Of a stretch of 64,000 bases of DNA, positions 37,833-51,320 are shown one piece after another; position 1 is the first letter of the stretch, and the number at the start of each line of letters is the position of its first letter. The translations under genes were made by a program, and so were the position numbers. The notes under the pieces were generated by a model. It was not told where the DNA came from. It did no database searches and was given only the letters and a program-made list of their open reading frames with translations. The DNA comes from Takakia lepidozioides (taxonomy: Eukaryota; Plantae; Bryophyta): the NCBI GenBank assembly GCA_030704615.1, contig CM060734.1:19902001-19966000 (forward strand), written 5' to 3'.

Positions 37833-40499
37833 CAAACGTTTGAAGCTCAGTCAGAGAGTGCTTTCGTGAACAATTTTTTTCTGAGAGTTCTTTCTTGATT
37901 TTGTTCACGAATGAAACTAGAACTAGCAGAGAGATCTAGGAAATAGCAGCAAAGATGAGTTCAGTTACCACATCGAAAGATGTGATGCAGATAGAGAGAT
38001 TTTCAGAGAGAATTTTTCTCTATGGAAGTTTCAAATGATGATTCTCCTAAGAGCCAAGAAGCTATGGTCTCTTGTCAGTGGGAAGGATTTGAGAGCAGTG
38101 GCCTCGGATAAAGACGAATGGGATGATAGGGACAGCAATGCCTGCCTGTATATTACTCAAGGAGTAGATAAGAATCACCTGCAATAGTTGGTAAACTGCA
38201 CAAATTCAGTACAGATGTGGGCGAAACTAGTGGCAGTTCATGAGCAAAATGCTACTGAGAACATTCATGTCTTACAAAGCAAGATGTATCATCTCAAGAT
38301 GGAAGAAAATGAGAGCATCTCCAGTTATATCAGCAAGATAGAACTGATGACAAAACAATTGAGTGATCTGGTGAGAAGATGACTGAATCAGCTATCATGG
38401 CAAAGATAGTGTGCACTTTACCTCCAAGCTATGAGAACATCTTAGATGCATGGGATAGTGTACCCGCTGCCGCGAGGACGTTGAACAACTTGCAATCTAG
38501 GTTACTCAAGAAAGAAGCGTTGAGAAAAGTGCGAGGAAACACGGAGGATGTCATGGATAAAACTTTCTTCACAAAGCATGTCAAAGGAAGACATAACTCA
38601 TCCACAAGCGGTGGAAGTTTTCTGACAAAGGAGCAGAAGAAGGAGAGAGCTGAAAGAATAAACGGAGTTATAAAAGAAAACGAGGTGCAACACCTGCGGT
38701 GAAGTTGGGCACTGGGAGCGAGAATGTACGAAGAGTATCGCTGCTAACATGGTGGAATCCATTAAGATGAGCGATGCCTATGCTGCCACTGCATTTCATC
38801 ATGAAGAAAAAGAGCGTGTCGATGATGGCTCAGTGACACAAGGAAGAAACACTGATCAGAACATTGTCAATGATCTGGTAAAGATTGTACATATTAGCAA
38901 TGCTAATGCAGCAGTGTACAACAGCACGTCAATTGGAGAGAAAGTTGGCGATGAAGACGATATATCCTGGTACTCGGACAGTGCTGCATCTGAGCACATG
39001 ACCAACAAGATGCAATGGTTCAAAAATCTTAAGAAGATTGAATCTCATCGTTGGGAAGTACAAGTTGCCACTGATGTTACAGTACGGGCAAGTGGAATAG
39101 GGGATATAGATATCCTAACCCTAGCAGGAAGTGAGTGGAGAAAGGGAACAATACACAACGTGTTGTTTGTATTCGACCTCAGAAAGAATCTGTTCTCAGT
39201 AGCGAAGGCTGTAGACAGAGATTACATCGTCATCTATAATAAGCGTACTTGTAAGCTGTATGAAAATCAGGGAAGGGGACCTCTTATGATGACTGGAGTG
39301 AGAGAGGGAAACCTTTGGAAACTGCAAATCAAAGTGATTACGGGAGAATCTCTGCAAGCAAACATGGTATTGTCGACGGATAATTTCAAGCAAATGTGGC
39401 GGTGACAACTGGGGGAGCAAGTCTTCAAACGTGGCATGATCGACTTGGACACATCAGTGTCGACATGATTAAACAAATGGAGAAAACACAGATCGTCGAT
39501 GGTATGAAAATACCGAAACCTAATGCAGATCTGGAGTTCTGTGAAGGTTGTGCCATGGGCAAGAATCACAGAGTTGCGTTTCCAGTAAATGAAGAACGTG
39601 AGAGGGTTCAGACTCTTGGAGAGTTCTACCATGCTGATGTGTGTACAATGAATGTAGACTCGCATGGAGGTTCCAAACATTTTGTCATGTTTAAAGATGA
39701 TCATAGCAGCTATAGGATCTTGTATTGCATGAAAACAAAGGAGTTCTCAAGTTCTTCAAGCAGCTGTGTGTGGAATCAGAGATAAAGACAGGACATGCAG
39801 TGAGAAAGCTTAGAAGCGACAGAGGAGGAGAATTCTTGAGCGCAAAATTTAAGACTTTCCTTGAAGAAAATGGAATTCAGCAGGAACTTATAGTGCCATA
39901 TTCCCCAGAGCAAAATGGTGTCATCGAAAGGGACAATAGGACTCTGGTTGAAAGAGCTAGATGTATGCTGCAAGCAAAAGGTCTCAGTCCTAATTTCTGG
40001 GTAGAAGCTGCCACTACAGCTGCATACACCCTAAATCGAACGGGAACCAGGGTGTTGAATGGGAAAACACCTTTGGAGCCCTGGAATGGGAAGAAACCTG
40101 ACATCAGCCATCTACGAGTGTTTAGTAGCATGACATATTCACATGTACCCAAAGAGCTGAGAAAGAAATTGGATGCCAAGAGCAAAAAGTGCATATTTCT
40201 TGGTTACAGTGTGGAATCTAAGGCGTATCGGCTATGGGATATTGAGCAGCATCACATAGTCATCAGCCGTGATGTGTTAGTAGATGAGAAGGGTAACCGT
40301 AATTCTTCACCCATCGAAGAAATGATGAGCAGACCTAACACATGCAATATGGTACTTGAGGGAGTGGGAGACAAAATGGCTCCAGATGTACAAAATTCTG
40401 AAGGGAATACGATTGACCAACATAATGAGCATCCTGAGCTTCAGCTAGTAGTGGATCTATCTATTTGCCATGGATGAAGGCGAAATTCATGCAGCAAAC

Positions 40500-43400
40500 T
40501 GAAAGGGGTCTGACACTCTTTCCTCTGTCCAACTATGACCAATTTCAGGCGCTCTGCTTGTTTTGCTGTTCACAGGGTATTTACCAAAACTCCAAAGAAA
40601 ACTGCTTGCTTGATTTCATCCAACAGGAAAATCAACAACATTTCCAAGGCACTTCTCTCTTCATAATCATAGGGCCTCAATTCAATCCAAAACCAGTATG
40701 GATCCCTGGTAACCAGCCTCTCTTAGTCCAGTCACGATTCTTTGGTTCAGATCGTAACAGAGATCACTCCAGTCCAAAGATAGTTCAGCCCTGTTCTTCA
40801 CGGAAATGTATTCACAAACAGTGACTAGAATCAACTCTAAACTGCCCATTTTCAAATCAGCACTTTTGAGACCTTAGTCATAGTATTTACACCATCGCTC
40901 TGTACAAAAGAGAGATCATAGCCCCTGCTGCTGCTGCAGACCAACAAAGGCCTGTGACGTCTATTCTAACATCGACTTACAACTCTGTAAGCATAGCACC
41001 GGTTACAGCATCCGGTCCACCCAACCACCACGCCACGCTAATTCTGATTTCCTGTCGAGAGCAGATCTGCTCTAGCCGCCAGTACACCATCATCCTCATC
41101 TTCTCCACACTTGCCATCTCCAAGCCTTCTTTAAAATCCCTAATCGTGGATCTCTTCATGCACGCGAGCCTGCTCCATTTTACCTGCAATTGTCAGTTCG
41201 GCGATATTCTAGCAGTCATTTGCTTCGCCAAACTGGTTGACAGGTCTCGATCTTTGTTCAAGGCACCTAACAAACTCCTCCTCCCAAAGACAGGTCATTG
41301 TCCTCAATGACAGAAAAATGAGGGGTAACTCAATGTCAATTCATTTTCTTTCTCCCAAGTAGCTTCTGTCTCTGGGTAATGCAACCACTTAATCAAATGT
41401 TCTTTCCAAGAACGGTTGCACAGGTGCTTCACTCGCGTTTCTAGAATCTTTTCGGGTTCAGCCACCAGCTGACCATCATTCATGGCTTGAGGCAACGTCG
41501 GCAAGATGTGTGATGGGTCTGACATATACCTCCGGAGAAGGCTGACATGGAAAGTTTTATGGATCTTCCATGTTGGAGGCAAATCCAACTCATAGGCCAC
41601 TGTGCCATGGCGTTCCAGGATCTTAAACGGGCCACAAAATCTTGGTGATAATTTATAACACTTGCCGAGTGTTAGATTGTTTCTTTTAGGTGTAACTTTC
41701 AAAAACACCATATCACCAATGGCAAATTCACGAAAAGTCCTGTGCTTATCAGCAAAGAACTTTGCCCTTTCTTGTGCAGCCTGCATACTACGCTGCACCA
41801 GATCTAGGACAAAGTGGATCTCTTTGATTCTGTCATTTACACTCTGCACATTTGATGGTGGTGTAATAAGCGAAGCAGGAGCCAAGCAATCTCGTCCATA
41901 TAAAGCTTCAAATGGGCTCATGCCCAATGGCACTGTGGAAATGCTTGTTATAAGCAAATTCCACCAGTTTGCTAAGAGAAGCAAGTGTGAATTCTTTGTA
42001 GACCACATGGATTACTTGGGATTTTGCATTTCCAAAGATGGAATCTCAATTGATCCTAAGAAAGTCCAGACAGTGGTTGATTGGCCTAAACCAAGTGATA
42101 AGACTGAGGTCAGGAGCTTTATTGGGTTTGCTAGCTTCCTACGGAAGTTTGTTAAATCTTTTTCACAGATTGCAACCCCATTAACTGACCTGCTTAAGGA
42201 CTCGAGTCCTGTAAGCTTGAAGGATGTCTGGACAAGAGAATGTGACAACAGTTTCGAGAAATTGAAGTTTGCCTTAACACATGCTCATGTACTAAAATTG
42301 CTCGACCCTACGAAGGGAGCAATAGTGTTGTGTACTGATGCAAGTGATCTTGTTATTGGAGCTGTGTTGATGCAAGATGGGCAAGTGATTGCCTACGAAT
42401 CTCGAAAGATCAGTCCAGCAGAGAAGAATTACCCAACTCATGAAAAAGAACTGTTGGCAATAGTTCATGCTCTGAAGATATGGAGGCATTACCTGCTTCC
42501 AGTTGATTTTGTGATAGAAACTGACCATCAAAGTTTGAAATACTTGACCACACAACCTCATTTGAGTCAGAGGTAGATTAGGTGGTCAGAACTGCTTCAG
42601 TAGTTCCATTATGACCTAAAGTATGTCAAGGGGAAAGAGAATGTAGTTGTTGATGTACTTTCTAGGAGACCATTACGAGCTAATGTTGTCTCATGCGTCA
42701 GTAGCACTATATTTCAAGACATCAAAGGTCAGTATGAGGTCGATGAATTCTTCAAAGAGCCATTCAAGAGTTTGTCTCGTGACCAAAGAACTTCTATTGA
42801 GAGAGAGAAGTATCGGCCATACCTCTTGAGAGATGGGGTGTTATTTTATGTTGGTCGGCTGTGTGTTCCCCTGATTCCAGACTTGAGATTGCGGATTATT
42901 CATGACAGTCACAATATTCCAATCTCTGGACACCCGGGCTTTCAGAGAACCTATTGGTCAATACGGAAGTACTATTTTTGGCCAGGTATGAAGAGAGAAA
43001 TTAGAGAGTATGTGCAGAAATGTTTCCCATGTCAGGTTTCGAAAGTCAGAGAGAGTCAGACCTCCTGGATTATTACAACCATTATCTGTTCCTGGATGGA
43101 ATTGGGAGTCCATTAACATGGATTTCATTGTGGCATTACCCAGGACCAGAAGTGGCCATGACAGTATCATGGTGGTTGTAGATAGGCTGTCTAAGATAGC
43201 CCACTTGATACCTACAAGGATGAATGCTACGGCATCTGATGTTGCATCCTTGTACATGAAAGAGATATTCAGAATCCATGGTCTGCCTCGGGAGATTATT
43301 TGTGACTGGGACTCAAAGTTCACAAGTCATTTTTGGATTGACTTGTTTAAGAAATTGGGAACCAAGGTGAAACTGAGTACGGCCTTTCACCCAGAAACAG

Positions 43401-46400
43401 ATGCCCAAACAAAAAGGACCAACCGTACAATTGAAGATATGTTGAGGATGTACGTTGGTGAAAGACAGTCATCTTGGGAACAATATATGTATATTCTCTC
43501 TCAGTATGTCTAAAACCAAGTGTAAATGCAGTTCATGTTCTTCTTCAGACTTCGAGTATATTAGTATATCATCCATGTAGACTAGGACCATCTTCCCCAA
43601 ATATTTCTGGAACAGAGAGTTCATCATATGAGTAAATGTTGCTGGAGCATTCGTGAGCCCAAATGGCATCACCAAGAATTCGTAATGACCAAAATGAGAT
43701 CGAAATCTTGTCTTTGGTATGTCAGAATTCTTGATCCGTATTTGATGATATCCAGTCCGAAGATCAAGTTTTGAAAAAACCTGACTCTCATATAGATAGT
43801 CAAACAAATCGTCCACACGAGGCAAATGAAACTTATTCTTGATGGTGACCTTATTCAACCATCTATAGTCCACACACAGTCTCAAAGTCCCATCTTTCTT
43901 CTTCTTAAACATTACAGGGGCACCCCAAGGGGATTTACTTGGACGTATATACCCCTTTTCCAACAGGTCATTCAACTGCTTTTCTAACTCTTCACTTTTT
44001 GTAATTGAATGCCTGTACGGTGCCCTTGCAACCGGTACAACATTTGACATCAACTCAATAGCATGATCAACCTCCCGTTCAAGGGGCATCCTAGGGAGCT
44101 CATCAGGAAACATATCTTTATATTCATTCAGGATCAGGCTAAGTCTGGGATGTGACTTCCCTTCTCCCTGATTTGTTTCCAAGATCTCATGCAAGCTAAC
44201 AGTAAAAAGCTGAGCATTTCCCTTCCGCATACATCTCTTCATCTGAATAGCTGACAAGACAGATACATTGGGAAGAGCTCTAGTACCTTTGATATTGAAT
44301 CCCTTCCCGTTGGGCAAGGTACCACTAACCAGTCCGGATTTACAAGCCACCACAGCATCAACCGGATCCAGCCACCACATGCCAAGGATGCAGTCGTACC
44401 AAGCTCCCTCCCAGACCTCAAAGTCAGCCATAGTTTGTACTCCTTGCTTGACCATCGGTAACCTTGGGATGTGTTTGTGTGTAGAATCCACGCCACCATC
44501 TGGTAACAAGATTTGACAGGGTTGCATGTCTTCTTGAACTAGTCCCAACTTGTCAGCAAAATCCTTTGACAATAGGTTATGAGTGCTGCCTGTATCAATC
44601 AGCACTTGAGTGGGAATTCCAGCAATTCTCCCCTGAACCCGTATCACACTGGGGTCATGCTATATTTGGTCTCCAATGATAGCTGCAGAAACCCGCACGT
44701 TAGGACCTTTCCCTCTTTCTTGTCCTAACTTCTCCCCAATTTCAACAACCACACAAGGTTCTGTAGGTCCTTCAACTGTCAAAGCGGCTGTCTGTCGAGC
44801 CTGACGATTATTCGGGTATTTCATACATTTAGCAGCTCTGTGTCCGGGTTCATGGCACAAGAAACACAAACCCTTACGCCTGTGTTCTTCCTGCTCTTTG
44901 AAACTGAGCCTTGGAGAAGCCCTCATTAGCGGTCTCCGTATAGTTTGATCCCCCACCTTCTTAATTGGTTTAAACCTCTTCCAATTCCCTCTCTTCGCTG
45001 GTGACTGCCAAGGACCAGATGATCTAGGCTTGAACTCTGCCGTGCCACGAGCAAAATTCGAAGAACGTTGTGCCCTCATTTCGTTCTCAAAATTACAGGC
45101 CAAACGATATGCTTCTGCCTCGGTACGAGGGTTGTGGGCTTTGACCTTAAATTTGAGAGAATCACTGAGGCCATCAATAAAAAAATCAACTCTGTCCTCT
45201 TCACTCAACGAGGGGAAATAACTGGCATGGGTTTCAAATCTCGTCTTAAACTCTCCCACGCTCATAGTCTCCTGTTTCAGCCTGAACAATTCAACTTTCA
45301 TCTTGTGTGCATAGTCGCCAGGTAGGTAGTGGGCTAAGAACAGTGTCTTAAACATAGCCCAACTATCCACAGGTGGTTTCTTGTGTTCACGGCGTTCCTG
45401 CTTCTGGCGCGCGACCACCATAGCTTGGCGGCATCACGGAGCTGTAGAGCAGCTGTCTGTATCTTGGCTTCCTCTGAATAATCGTCCTCAAAGAACTCTT
45501 CTAATGTATCCAGGAAAGACAATATTTCCTCGGGCTTGACAGATGGCTTACCATAGAATTTTGGTAACTTCACCAATCTTCTGATCTCCCTTGTGACATC
45601 CTTGCTTCTTTTCATCTTGGCCTCATGGGAATCGGCCTCAGATTTGTCCTCATTCAGTGGCTCACTCATAGGCAGATCCCTAGATCGCTTTTCAGTTTGA
45701 GCTCGTGCAAGGGCCAATTTCTGTATCTCAGATCGAATCAAAGTACCTAAGGCCTCCATCTGCTGCTGGGAAAACAACTGACTCCCATGTTCGCGATCTG
45801 AAGCTCGGTGCAGACTGGCCGCATCTGAGCGCTCGTGGTCTCCAGCCATTTCACTATCCTGATCGTCGTCACCAGGGTGTGTGCTCACAGAGCCGAACGA
45901 GATCTGGCTCATTCACACAATTTCTAGAAATTCCAAAACTCACGATCTGTTCTCCCCGATTGCAAACCTGGCTCTGATACCACTTGAAAGGGGTCTGACA
46001 CTCTTTCCTCTGTCCAACTATGACCAATTTCAGGCGCTCTGCTTGTTTTGCTGTTCACAGAATATTTACCAAAACTCCAAAGAAAACTGCTTGCTTGATT
46101 TCATCCAACAGGAAAATCCACAACATTTCCAAGGCACTTCTCTCTTCATAATCATAGGGCCTCAATTCAATCCAAAACCAGTATGGATCCCTGGTAACCA
46201 GCCTCTCTTATTCCAGTCACGATTCTTTGGTTCAGATCGTAACAGAGATCACTCCAGTCCAAAGATAGTTCAGCCCTGTTCTTCACGGAAGTGTATTCAC
46301 AAACAGTGACTAGAATCAACTCTAAACTGCCCCTTTTCAAATCAGCACTTGTGAGACCTTAGTCATAGTATTTACACCATCGCTCTGTACAAAAGAGAGA

Positions 46401-46757
46401 TCATAGCCCCTGCTGCTGCTGCACACCAACAAAGGCCTGTGACGTCTATTCTAACATCGACTTACAACTCTGTAAGCACAGCACCGGTTACAGCATCCGG
46501 TCCACCCAACCACCACGCCATGCTAATTCTGATTTCCTGTCGAGAGCAGATCTGCTCTAGCCGCCAGTACACCATCATCCTAATCTTCTCCACACTTGCC
46601 ATCTCCAAGCCTTCTTTAAAATCCCTAATCGTGGATCTCTTCATGCACGCGAGCCTACTCCATTTTACATGCAATTGTTAGTTCGGCGATATTCTAGCAG
46701 TCACTTGCTTCGCCAAACTGGTTGACAGGTCTCGATCTTTGTTCAAGGCACCTAACA
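40500..46757 (-). mobile_element. Full-length Ty3/Gypsy chromovirus nested in the Copia element
   Basis: LTRs 40500-41272 and 45985-46757 (773 bp each, TG..CA, ~15 mismatches counted by eye); TSD CAAAC; tRNAiMet PBS 45971-45982; PPT 41273-41285; gag knuckle CFLCHEPGHRAAKC; protease LIDTGS; RT YMDD; chromodomain EPEKIL..LIKW..YPETEATWE (41304-41460). Confidence 0.97.
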
Positions 46758-49519
46758 CAAACACAGGCTTTAGCGGGTTGCACCAAGCTTGCAAAGTCAG
46801 GGAACAGAAGTACGTCGATCTCGACGGCCACCACCGGCATTCGGCGAGTGGGAGAGTAATTACCTACGTTTGTTGGAATAACTGAATACATACCATTACC
46901 AGAGGAGCCAAAATGGTATGAGGAGGCAATGATGTCTCCTGATCGAGCTAAGTGGGAGCTAGCAATGAAGGAAGAAATTGACTCGTTACACAAAAATGAA
47001 ACGTGGATGCTTGTTGATCTGCCAAAGGGAAGACACACAGTGAAGTGCAAATGGGTATACAAGGTAAAGCCTCGAGCAGATGGGAGTATTGAGAGGTATA
47101 AAGCCCGGTTGGTTGCAAAAGGATACTCGCAGGAGTATGGAATTGATTTTCAAGAAACTTTTGCCCCCGTTGCGAAATTCGATTCAATCAGCAGTGGCTG
47201 CCGCTGAGGATCTGGAAATGATTCAGTTCGATATAAAAACCGCTTTCCTGCATGGAGAGTTACAGGAGGAGATATATATGGATCAGCCCAGAGGCTATGT
47301 GAAGCCAAGAGAAGAAAAGAAAGTCTGTAGACTATTAAAAAGTTTATATGGACTTCGTCAAGCATCGAGGGCATGGAACACGAGGTTCAATGGTCAAATA
47401 TGACCTGCAACCCAGCGCAACAGACCCCTATGTGTGTTTTCGCAACTCAGCGCCAAAGTTATTCAACACCATTTTTGTGGATGACGGGCTAGGTTGCTCG
47501 GAGAGCAAAGAAATACTGGATGGTATGATCAGTTTTCTTAACAAGGAATTTGAAGTTAAAGCTGGAAGCGCCGAATGCTATGTTGGCCTTCACATTGAAA
47601 AAAACAGGGGATTGCGATCGATCACCATAGACCAACACCGATACGTGATGTTCATAATCCAGAAATTTGGATTTGGGGATGCACATACAGTGAGTACACC
47701 TGCAGATCCCAATGTGCAGTTGCATCTACCAAGAGGTGAAGATGAAGAAGAGGAACATGAGTTTCCTTACCAACAGGCAGTTGGGAGCTTGATGTTCGCC
47801 ATGATTGGCACACGGCCAGACACTGCATATGCGGTCAGCACTGTGGCCAAGTATTCACAAAATCCCAAGCGAATTCATTGCACAGCTGTAAAGAGGATAT
47901 TCAAATAAACACTCTTACGGCTTTTGCTGATGCTGACTATGCAGGGGACTTGGACGATCGACGATCTAGAAGTGGGAGCGTCGCATTACTCTATCGCATT
48001 ACTCAATCAAGCAGCTGTTACGTGGGTGAGCAGAAAACAAATGTGCACAGCAGGTTCCACGACAGAGTCAGAGTACATAGCAACATGTTTAACTGCAAAG
48101 GAGACAATCTGGTTACGAAGGTTGCTGTCATCTTGGGCACACACAGAATGACCCTACTCCCTTATATTCAGACAATCAAAGTGCAATATCCGATTGGTCT
48201 TGAATCTGGAGTTTCATTCGAAGAACAAAGCACATTGATGTGCAATAATGCTGCTAGATTTTCAGGCACAGGGTGCAATCGAGATGACGTATCAGTCCCT
48301 CAATCATGAAGGATGAAAAAGAGGATTTGTTCGTAAGTGTATCTTTTATGCCCTCGACTTCTACACCTCGCATGACTGTTTTCCCTCGTCCAATTGGAGA
48401 CAGGACACAACCATCCTTCCCACATTGCGTTGAAATGCCTACACAAGCCAAATCTGCTCGGGGCCGAGGTATAGGACAAAATATTCCTTGGACTATCGTA
48501 CGCAATATCCTCTTGTTACCTCGCACCACAAATGGATGTGTTCAAATGGTCAGACCATTCCTATAGCCAACGTTCCTACTGTTATCTCAACCATATTACC
48601 CGATGGAGAGGGTTCATGCATCTGCAACTTTTTCCGCGACAAACTACAAAGTATAGAGTTGTTACCGTTTTTGCAACATTGCTTCAAAACACCAATATAT
48701 CCTAAACCCTCAAATGGTTGACTTGTTCTACAAGAGGACAATGAAACGAAGAGGATCACATGAGTCAACTAGCAAAGCCGAATTGGCTGGCCCGTTCTTT
48801 GACGTTGTACCTGGATCTGCACTTGTCAACCTGTACACCAATAATATAGAGAACGAGCCTCCACTTGCTCAGGCTGTTGTTGTAAGTGAACAATAAGATG
48901 ATCTACCTACCAAAGACCATATCGCAACTACATGTTTTGGCTGCAGACGAGCAAGATCTTAATCAACAAACTGAGGTTGATCAGCCAATTGAGCATCCAG
49001 TTGAGCAACATAATGCAAGGCCGCAGAGGCTTCCATGATCAGCCTCATAACAAGGCACTATCTAACTTCACCTTCCATAGGCAGTATCTTACCTGATAAA
49101 AACTCATGTCATCTTCCTGAAAACACATGAAAAATTAGGGTGGGAGGGTGGGATTTCCAAGACAACCATCACCTAGATTCAGATGTCATTCATCATTGAA
49201 GGAGTCTTGTTTTTCTTATAAAACGATCGGGACAAACACCACCTTTGGTACATACCAGATCAGCATAAACACTTGAGCCTTTAAGAATGAGTTGCAGGTG
49301 TTGCAATTCCAAGAGCCCAGCCTGATAATGTAGACCAGCCAGCATGCTATGTCTATGTTCCATGAATCCACAAAGGTCTGGATCTGGTTTTGCAATCATC
49401 GATCTCCAAAACTAAATCAGAGTGGAGTGCTACAATGAGCATAATCAGAACTTTATAGACAGAAACTTCGAGATTTCTATGTGAGCTCTTTTGCAGGCAT
49501 TATGGAGTGTGATCATATA

Positions 49520-50450
49520 CTAGATAAACCTCACACTTTCACAGAAGCTATGAACTGCTCTCATTTACACGAGTAGAAAAATGCAATGAGCGAAAAGTTT
49601 CACTCGTTGATTACAAATGAGTCTTGGGTTTTGACAAACCTATCACCTGGTTGAAAAGCTATCCCATAAGTGGGTATACAAGACCAAGACAACGTCTACA
49701 GAAAAAAGTTGTGAAGTACAAGGTTATGGTCGTGGCTAAGGGATAAAGTCAAATAATATGGTATCGATTAAATGAGCAAACATCTTCTCTCGACAATTGT
49801 CAAGGACGAGTCCGTACACACCGTGCTCTCCATTACTGCCCAACGAGATATGCATATCATGCAATTTGATATCAAAACCGTTTTTTTGTATGGGCAACTA
49901 GATGAAGACATAAATCTCTTGACCCCTGGGTTGACACTTAAATCAAGCCCAAGTGTCAATATATAGAAACTATTTATTTATTAGCCTGTTTCACACTACT
50001 AGCAAACATGCTACAACCCGAAGGCTTTATTGCGTTTGGAGCCGAATGCAAAGTTTGTCATCTACGTAAGAGTTTTTACGGACTGAAACAATTATCGAGT
50101 GTATGAAATAAAAAAATTCATGATTTCTTATTCGGTATGATCTGCATCCCATGGACGTTGATCCTTGTGCCCATTCCACTCGGCAGCCATCCCTCTTAGA
50201 ATGTTTTTTTGTCGACAACGGTTGAGGATGTTGCGTACAATTGAATAAGCCACAAGGTATGATATCACACATGGAACAAAAATTTAAGTTTCTACATGTT
50301 GATATCTACATGGGTTTATACATCATTATAGATCGTGCCCGCAAACTCTTATAGATTGATCAATCTCTCTATCTCAAGAGAATTGTAAGACATTTTGGTT
50401 TTGACCACTGCACTCTTATCACCACTGCACCAATATCTAACTTAATCTGG
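49520..50450 (+). mobile_element. Highly degenerate second Copia RT remnant
   Basis: PHTFTEAM, KWVYK, MQFDIKTVFLYGQLDED, KSFYGLKQ and FVDNG fragments, with stops and frameshifts. Confidence 0.7.
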
Positions 50451-51320
50451 CTCTGCCCTCCCTTCAATTTTGACTTGCCTGAGAGGCTTGCTGCAATTGT
50501 CAATGTCACCATATTCTCCAAATCAATGAGATCACATATTGTATGCTGAAATCTTGCCTAAACTTGAAGCTGATCATTGTTGGAGTCCCTTTAAAACTTA
50601 AAATTGTTCTTCTAAGAAATGATGTGTACATTTGTATGTAAGATACTGCACATATGAATATCCCCGTGCAATTTTATACATGATCACAAAGACCTTTGGG
50701 GTATATATGACATGGCTCTATAAATCTCTAATTGTGCATGAGAAAACTAAGTGCATATGTACATCTACAATATAGGGGCTTTCTTCGTGAACTTTCACTG
50801 TCATCACCATGACCATACATACCAATATAGTCATTGACTGCTGGTTTGGCTGGCAGAGCATTTAAAAATAAATAAAAATACATGGCCAAATTTTATTGAT
50901 AAGAGGAAGGCATGCAAACTTACATTATTTGCATTATTGAAGGGAAAAAAATTAAAACCTTTAAGTACCCGAAGGCTGCCATACGGCATCGCGTTGTAAT
51001 CATTTTTGACATAAGTGAAGGTAAATAACTGCAATTAAAGAGGTGTTGTAGATTAACTTGAATCCTTACGGCTGAACTATCCAAGGAGTACATTTGGGAA
51101 ATTAACAGCTAAAAACTCAAGACATGAAGTCTAAAGTTTAAACTCCAAGGTTGACTGCTATTTGAACCTTCCAGAAAAGTTGTTTTCCATTGTAGTCATC
51201 TTGCTTCAAGATAGTCGATCATTTCTTCATTTTAATTACGGATTCTATATTCTCAAAAACTGTTGTTAATGCGAGATTACAAATAAATCATCACACAAGA
51301 GATAGGATGGGCTACAAGGT

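Larger units (their letters stand above)
37553..48290 (+). mobile_element. Ty1/Copia element (gag-PR-INT-RT-RH), decayed, interrupted at 40500-46757; 5' LTR start uncertain and 3' LTR not seen
   Basis: LTR end ...CTACA at 37819; gag NFSLWKFQM and knuckle CNTCGEVGHWEREC; protease WYSDSAASEHM; WHDRLGH; integrase RSDRGGEF and EQNG; [23 protein letters not shown]; RNase H ADADYAGD. Confidence 0.9.

Noticed and set aside
40465-41310. ORFs duplicated at 45881-46681
   Set aside because: They are incidental reading frames within the two LTR copies.
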